DNA of 64,000 nt from an uncultured Gammaproteobacteria bacterium (GTDB taxonomy: Bacteria; Patescibacteriota; Microgenomatia; UBA8517), in contig CAYSJW010000004.1 of the NCBI GenBank assembly GCA_964431555.1, forward strand, positions 9,951-73,950, written 5' to 3'. Below the pieces are notes generated by a model. That model made no database searches. It had not been told where the DNA came from and saw only the letters and a list, made by a program, of their open reading frames with translations. This document shows, piece after piece, positions 59,956 through 64,000 of this stretch. The translations under genes and the position numbers were made by a program. How positions within the stretch are numbered: the first letter of the stretch is position 1; each line of letters opens with the position of its first letter.

Positions 59956-60965
59956 TTTCTTAAGGTTTGAAACAACTTATCATAGGATTTGGATACAATC
60001 TTCCAATCAAACTTTTTAACCTGTTTTCGTATTTTTCCTACCGGCTTTTTTTTAAGCGCGTTTTTTAAAGCTTTTGCATATTCATCAATATTTTCCGGAT
60101 TTACTAAAATTCCGGCATTCCCAACTATTTCCTTCCTTATAGGATCGTTGGTCGCAACAACCGGCAAACCAGAAGCCATCGCTTCAAGTAAGACTATTCC
60201 AAATGATTCAAAGGAAGAAGTTGGATAAGTAAAAACATCAGCAGATTTATAAACTTTCGGCATATCGGTATAGATATAACTTTTTATCATAAACCTTTTA
60301 CCCAACAACTTTTCCCCCAAAGATAAGAGTTTATCTTTTTTCTCCCCCTCGCCAACTAAAAGTAAAGAACCCTTTTTAAGACGACTAACGGCTTTTATCG
60401 CCAAATCCTGTCTTTTTATTTCCGTTAAAGCGCCAACACTTAATATAATCGGTTTTTCAAGATTTATATCCAATTTTTCTTTTTTACCAAATTTTTTCAG
60501 ATCCACCCCATTAGGTATTGTAATAACCCTAATAAAAGGATTAACTTTTTTTGCCCAAACTTTCTGATAACTTGTTAACGCCACAAAACAATCAGGAAAG
60601 CACCAAAGATTATTGATATCATCCCAGCCAATACCTGATTGCCCTGAAATAACCATCTTACCTTTATAAAGCCAGGTCGCCAACCTCACCAAGGCGGGCT
60701 GCCAGCCTCCATTAACGGGTATCACAATATCAAACTTTTCTTTAAACAAAGAAGGTAAAACCTTCAAACTATACCAAAATGTCTGAAATCCAAAAGGATC
60801 TAAAAAAAATCTCCATACGATGGGCCATCTTTTTTTTGGTTTAACTGAAAAAGCAAAAACCTTAACTTTGTGAATCTTTGCTAATCTTTTTGATAGTTCT
60901 AAAACAAAATTTTCCGCCCCTCTTTTAACAGCATTCTGATATAAATTTATAAAAGCAATTTTCAT
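59952..60965 (-). CDS. GT4 glycosyltransferase
   Basis: YPTSSFESFGIVLLEAMASGLPVVAT. Confidence 0.65.
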   Translation of the reverse strand: MKIAFINLYQNAVKRGAENFVLELSKRLAKIHKVKVFAFSVKPKKRWPIVWRFFLDPFGFQTFWYSLKVLPSLFKEKFDIVIPVNGGWQPALVRLATWLYKGKMVISGQSGIGWDDINNLWCFPDCFVALTSYQKVWAKKVNPFIRVITIPNGVDLKKFGKKEKLDINLEKPIILSVGALTEIKRQDLAIKAVSRLKKGSLLLVGEGEKKDKLLSLGEKLLGKRFMIKSYIYTDMPKVYKSADVFTYPTSSFESFGIVLLEAMASGLPVVATNDPIRKEIVGNAGILVNPENIDEYAKALKNALKKKPVGKIRKQVKKFDWKIVSKSYDKLFQTLRK

Positions 60966-62305
60966 TGATTGAGTAAAAACACAGAAACCGAATCAATTTT
61001 GTAAGAAAGTGAATAATACCTTTCAATCATTACATCTATTTCAGGGAGCATATATGAACCTAAACCAAAACTATTATAGTCTCCTTTGATAATTACCCTC
61101 GGCATATTAAGATAAAGATCATTAATGACACTTTGTTTCAGATTATCATAATTCAAATACCAGGGAAGAAAGGGTATTAAAGGCTTTACCGCCGGCAATG
61201 TATTTGTCATTACATAAAGACTATCCCAATAATTCAATACATATATTTTCTCATCTTCTTTCACCTTTGATTTGACAAAAAGCGCAATCTTTCTTTCATT
61301 CTCCCCCCAAAACCTATCTTCCTCCCTCCACTCCCTTGCTGCAATTTTACCAAACAAGATTAAAAAAAGGGTAAAATAAAACATCAAAATCAGTCTAATC
61401 ACCTTGTTTTTCCAATAAGAGAAAAAAATAAAACCCAGTACCATTGATAGAAAGGGAATTGACGGCTGGAAGTGAAAAAGTTCAAACCTTGGAAAAACAC
61501 CTAATAAAGAAAAGAAAGACCAAAAAATTAAGTCCTTTTCTTTACCTTTTTTCAAAATAAAAAAGGGGATAAAGATAAAATAGGGTGAAAAATAGACCAA
61601 AAACTCCTTTATTGAAGGCAAACGCGTCACAGCTTGGCTTTTTGGAAGTATAAAAATCCCATAGTCTATCGCCCATCTAAAATAGTGAAAAGCTATACCA
61701 AAAAACGCCAAAACCGTCAAAAATATCAAAATTACAATAATGAAACCCGAAAAGAGTAAGTTTATTCTATTAAAGTTCCTTTTTTTCAGATCAACTAAAA
61801 AATAAAAAGAAATTGGGAATATAAACCAAAATGCAGTTTGTTTAATAAGAAAGGAAAAAGCAAATATAACTCCACTCCAAAAGTACTTCTTTTCTCTCAA
61901 TAAATAAAAAATTAATAAAACAAAGGGTGCCAAAACCAAATCAAACCAAAGACCATTACCATCATAAATTAGCTGCATTGGGATATAAAAAGTAAGCGAA
62001 AATAATGCTACTTTCGAATTCCAAAGTTTTTTTGCAACCAGAAAAAGAATTATGTCGGTTAATATTATCAAAATCCAAGAATAAATCTTAAGCTGAAGTA
62101 GTCCGGTTCCAAAAATACCATTAAACAGTGCTATATCAAATAAAAGCAAGGGATTATGTTCCATAATAAAATCCTTATAAGGCAGATAACCTTTGAGCAT
62201 TAAATAAGGTCTAATTAACATTTCAGGCCAGGCAGTAAACGAAAAGGTATAAAGCAGACCCAAATGCAAAATTAAAAAGATAAAGATTAACAATTTAATC
62301 CTCAT
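60962..62305 (-). CDS. Multi-TM membrane protein, putative GT-C-like glycosyltransferase
   Basis: 447 aa with about 11 TM and a large C-terminal soluble region. The family assignment is uncertain. Confidence 0.3.
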   Translation of the reverse strand: MRIKLLIFIFLILHLGLLYTFSFTAWPEMLIRPYLMLKGYLPYKDFIMEHNPLLLFDIALFNGIFGTGLLQLKIYSWILIILTDIILFLVAKKLWNSKVALFSLTFYIPMQLIYDGNGLWFDLVLAPFVLLIFYLLREKKYFWSGVIFAFSFLIKQTAFWFIFPISFYFLVDLKKRNFNRINLLFSGFIIVILIFLTVLAFFGIAFHYFRWAIDYGIFILPKSQAVTRLPSIKEFLVYFSPYFIFIPFFILKKGKEKDLIFWSFFSLLGVFPRFELFHFQPSIPFLSMVLGFIFFSYWKNKVIRLILMFYFTLFLILFGKIAAREWREEDRFWGENERKIALFVKSKVKEDEKIYVLNYWDSLYVMTNTLPAVKPLIPFLPWYLNYDNLKQSVINDLYLNMPRVIIKGDYNSFGLGSYMLPEIDVMIERYYSLSYKIDSVSVFLLNQ

Positions 62306-63078
62306 AATTTTTCTGCAACTAAAAGAAAATGCGGTCCCCAGAATTTAAAGGGATAAAAACCTTTTTCCCCCAAAAATCTAAATATTTTCTGGTGTTTTTT
62401 AGCATCTTTTAGTTCTCTTTCCCAAACAGAATCTGCCTTGATTATTTTCATATTCCTTCGTACCAAAAAATCAATCAACGTTCCCAAATACGGTTCAATA
62501 GTTGTGTCAGAATCAATCTCATATTTTTGGTTTGCAAGTGGATTAACCTTTCTCCAATTAAGTCCTTTCTCTTTAATAAAAATTCTTAGAATGTCTTGGA
62601 AAAATCCGACCATTAACTTTACAATTCTATTATAATCCGCAACTGGCGAAGCCCTATTCGGAGACCCATAATTAGGAGCAATCAAAAGTAAAATACCCCC
62701 TTTTTTTAACTTCCCAATAAGCTCTCTTAGGATAATTTCGGTCTTTTGGGTATGTTCCAATACAAAAGCAGAAAAAATAAGGTCAAAATCATCTACTTTT
62801 ATACTTTTTACATCCCCGCAAAAAAAATTTATATTCTTGTATCTTTTCCTCGCTCTATTAATCGCTTTCTTACTAATATCAACTCCATATAATATTTTAC
62901 CTCTTTCTGAAAGCAAATTTAGTCTCGTTCCTTCACCACAACCAAAATCTAAAATCTTCTTAGCGCTCTGGGAATACTCAATTAACACCTTCATTCCCGG
63001 ATGATCCAGATCTAAGCTTCCCCTTTCAGCAAAATCATAATATATATCACTTTCCCAGATCTTTTGTTTAAATGTCAT
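62302..63078 (-). CDS. Class I SAM-dependent methyltransferase
   Basis: ILDFGCGEGTRL (motif I) and IAPNYGSP. Confidence 0.55.
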   Translation of the reverse strand: MTFKQKIWESDIYYDFAERGSLDLDHPGMKVLIEYSQSAKKILDFGCGEGTRLNLLSERGKILYGVDISKKAINRARKRYKNINFFCGDVKSIKVDDFDLIFSAFVLEHTQKTEIILRELIGKLKKGGILLLIAPNYGSPNRASPVADYNRIVKLMVGFFQDILRIFIKEKGLNWRKVNPLANQKYEIDSDTTIEPYLGTLIDFLVRRNMKIIKADSVWERELKDAKKHQKIFRFLGEKGFYPFKFWGPHFLLVAEKL

Positions 63079-63079
63079 A

Positions 63080-63925
63080 CTAATAACCAGTCTTTTCCAG
63101 GATTTTTATTCGCCTTTTTATATACTTTAGGGGGTAAAGCAAAATTGATTTAAATACGAATTCTGCATCCCTTTTTTCCCAAGGGCTTTGCACAATATCA
63201 GGCTTGGGTTTGAAGAAAACTTCGGGATAGTAAAAATCAAATGGAAAGCTTCTTCCTAATTCAAATTTTAATTTTTTATTTCTTTTTGGAACACTCCAAT
63301 CTTTTTTTAAATTTGACGAGCGAATAACATTGGTAAAATGAAGGTACATCCTTTTGTCAAAATGATATCTTTTTGTTTTCTCTCTTTCTTGAATAAGAAT
63401 TCCATTTTCATCATAAAGGCCCTGTTGGCCATGAGGTTTGGCAAAACAAAGCCCGGGAATCTTTCTATTCACAAAACGAATATTAATATGACCTTTAATA
63501 CCATCGATTTTATACATACCTGCTTCCTCTTCTTGATGATGAAAAATATCCCCAACTATATTAAAGTAATGATTAACTATGGACTCATAATCATTCCCTC
63601 TTTGTCTCACAAAATTAGTTACCTCCTTTATTCCGTCGTCCCACCATACTTCATCACCATCAACAATAACAAACCAGTCAGATTGAGTTTGCTTTAGCAT
63701 CTTTTGCCTGACCAAAGTAAATTCTTCCGGATTAACCTCTCCCAAAAAACTGGTATCAATTTTTTCAGGATGCTTTTTCTGCAAAAGTCTAATTATATTT
63801 TTTGTTTTATCAGTACTTCCTGTATCCCAAAGTAAAATCCTGTCAACATAATCGACAACGCTTTCCACAGCAAACCACAAATATCTTTCTTCATTTTTAA
63901 CCAGGGTGTGCACCCATATTTTCAT
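63080..63925 (-). CDS. GT2-family glycosyltransferase
   Basis: VKNEERYLWFAVESV...DRILLWDTGSTDKT...VIVDGDE. Confidence 0.5.
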   Translation of the reverse strand: MKIWVHTLVKNEERYLWFAVESVVDYVDRILLWDTGSTDKTKNIIRLLQKKHPEKIDTSFLGEVNPEEFTLVRQKMLKQTQSDWFVIVDGDEVWWDDGIKEVTNFVRQRGNDYESIVNHYFNIVGDIFHHQEEEAGMYKIDGIKGHINIRFVNRKIPGLCFAKPHGQQGLYDENGILIQEREKTKRYHFDKRMYLHFTNVIRSSNLKKDWSVPKRNKKLKFELGRSFPFDFYYPEVFFKPKPDIVQSPWEKRDAEFVFKSILLYPLKYIKRRIKILEKTGY

Positions 63926-64000
63926 AAGTTCACTCTCTCCTAAATATCTAAATTTAAAAAATATTTAAGCCAACCTTTAACTTTCAATTTTAAATTCATC

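Noticed and set aside
1-64000. Alternative genetic code (UGA recoded, as in some CPR lineages)
   Set aside because: Long ORFs of up to 669 aa are intact under the standard code. TGA appears as the stop in ATGA start-stop overlaps (13094 and 16519) and not as an obvious in-frame sense codon.
1-64000. tRNA or rRNA genes, transposases, integrases, and prophage or IS boundaries
   Set aside because: Intergenic regions are short (mostly under 150 bp) and AT-rich, with no cloverleaf-like GC-rich 70-90 nt segments. No ORF shows DDE/serine/tyrosine recombinase motifs or terminal inverted repeats.

Overview
This 64 kb window is low-GC (roughly 30%, judged by eye), densely coding, and reads in the standard genetic code. 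The gene content points to a monoderm, CPR/Patescibacteria-like bacterium: a type IV pilus locus with no secretin, a eukaryote/archaeal-type alpha2 GlyRS, and a compact but rearranged dcw cluster. I found no rRNA, tRNA, CRISPR array, transposase or integrase.

Layout, left to right:
- 1-1574 (-): 5' part of an isoleucyl-tRNA synthetase gene that runs off the window edge.
- 1.7-3.6 kb: an EamA-like small transporter, then a SRAP/YedK abasic-site crosslinking protein immediately followed by a Cas4-like 4-Cys PD-(D/E)xK nuclease.
- 3.6-4.6 kb: a CARDB-domain surface protein with a Thr/Pro-rich linker, and a small protein read convergently on the minus strand.
- 4.68-4.82 kb: a sigma70-like promoter, two hairpins and an intrinsic terminator about 28 nt upstream of yjbQ.
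- 5.3-7.7 kb: a complete AmmeMemoRadiSam triad (radical SAM enzyme, Memo, AMMECR1).
- 7.8-8.6 kb: a hypothetical signal-anchored secreted protein read divergently from pilB.
- 8.7-17.3 kb: a type IV pilus locus (pilB, pilC, three prepilin-type minor pilins, a Cys-rich PilX-like protein, a PilM-PilN fusion, PilO, a small membrane protein, a major-pilin candidate).
- 17.3-38.7 kb (-): a dcw cluster in the order mraZ, rsmH, ftsL, ftsI, murA, murE, murC, murB, murD, alpha/beta hydrolase, murF-like with an N-terminal multi-TM domain, DegT-family aminotransferase, FemAB-family transferase, mraY, ftsW, murG, ftsQ, ftsA, ftsZ. There is no ddl in the window. A 10-bp-phased GTGAAAA repeat upstream of mraZ is a candidate MraZ operator.
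- 38.8-43.7 kb: a hypothetical secreted protein, glyS, a short recO, and a DUF4012-like membrane protein.
- 43.7-64 kb (-): an uninterrupted glycan-assembly locus. It holds a small PglC-like initiating phosphoglycosyltransferase, manC, six GT4 and four GT2 glycosyltransferases (one GtrB/DPM1-like with C-terminal TMs), three GT-C-like membrane proteins, a Wzy/O-antigen-ligase-like polymerase, an LbH acetyltransferase and a SAM methyltransferase.

The most unusual items are:
- the SRAP-Cas4-like nuclease pair;
- the MurF-like ligase whose N-terminal domain is replaced by about 155 aa of transmembrane helices;
- the DegT and FemAB genes embedded in the dcw cluster;
- the promoter-hairpin-terminator unit upstream of yjbQ;
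- the multi-GT-C glycan locus.

All calls come from reading the translated ORFs and the raw sequence. No database search was run.
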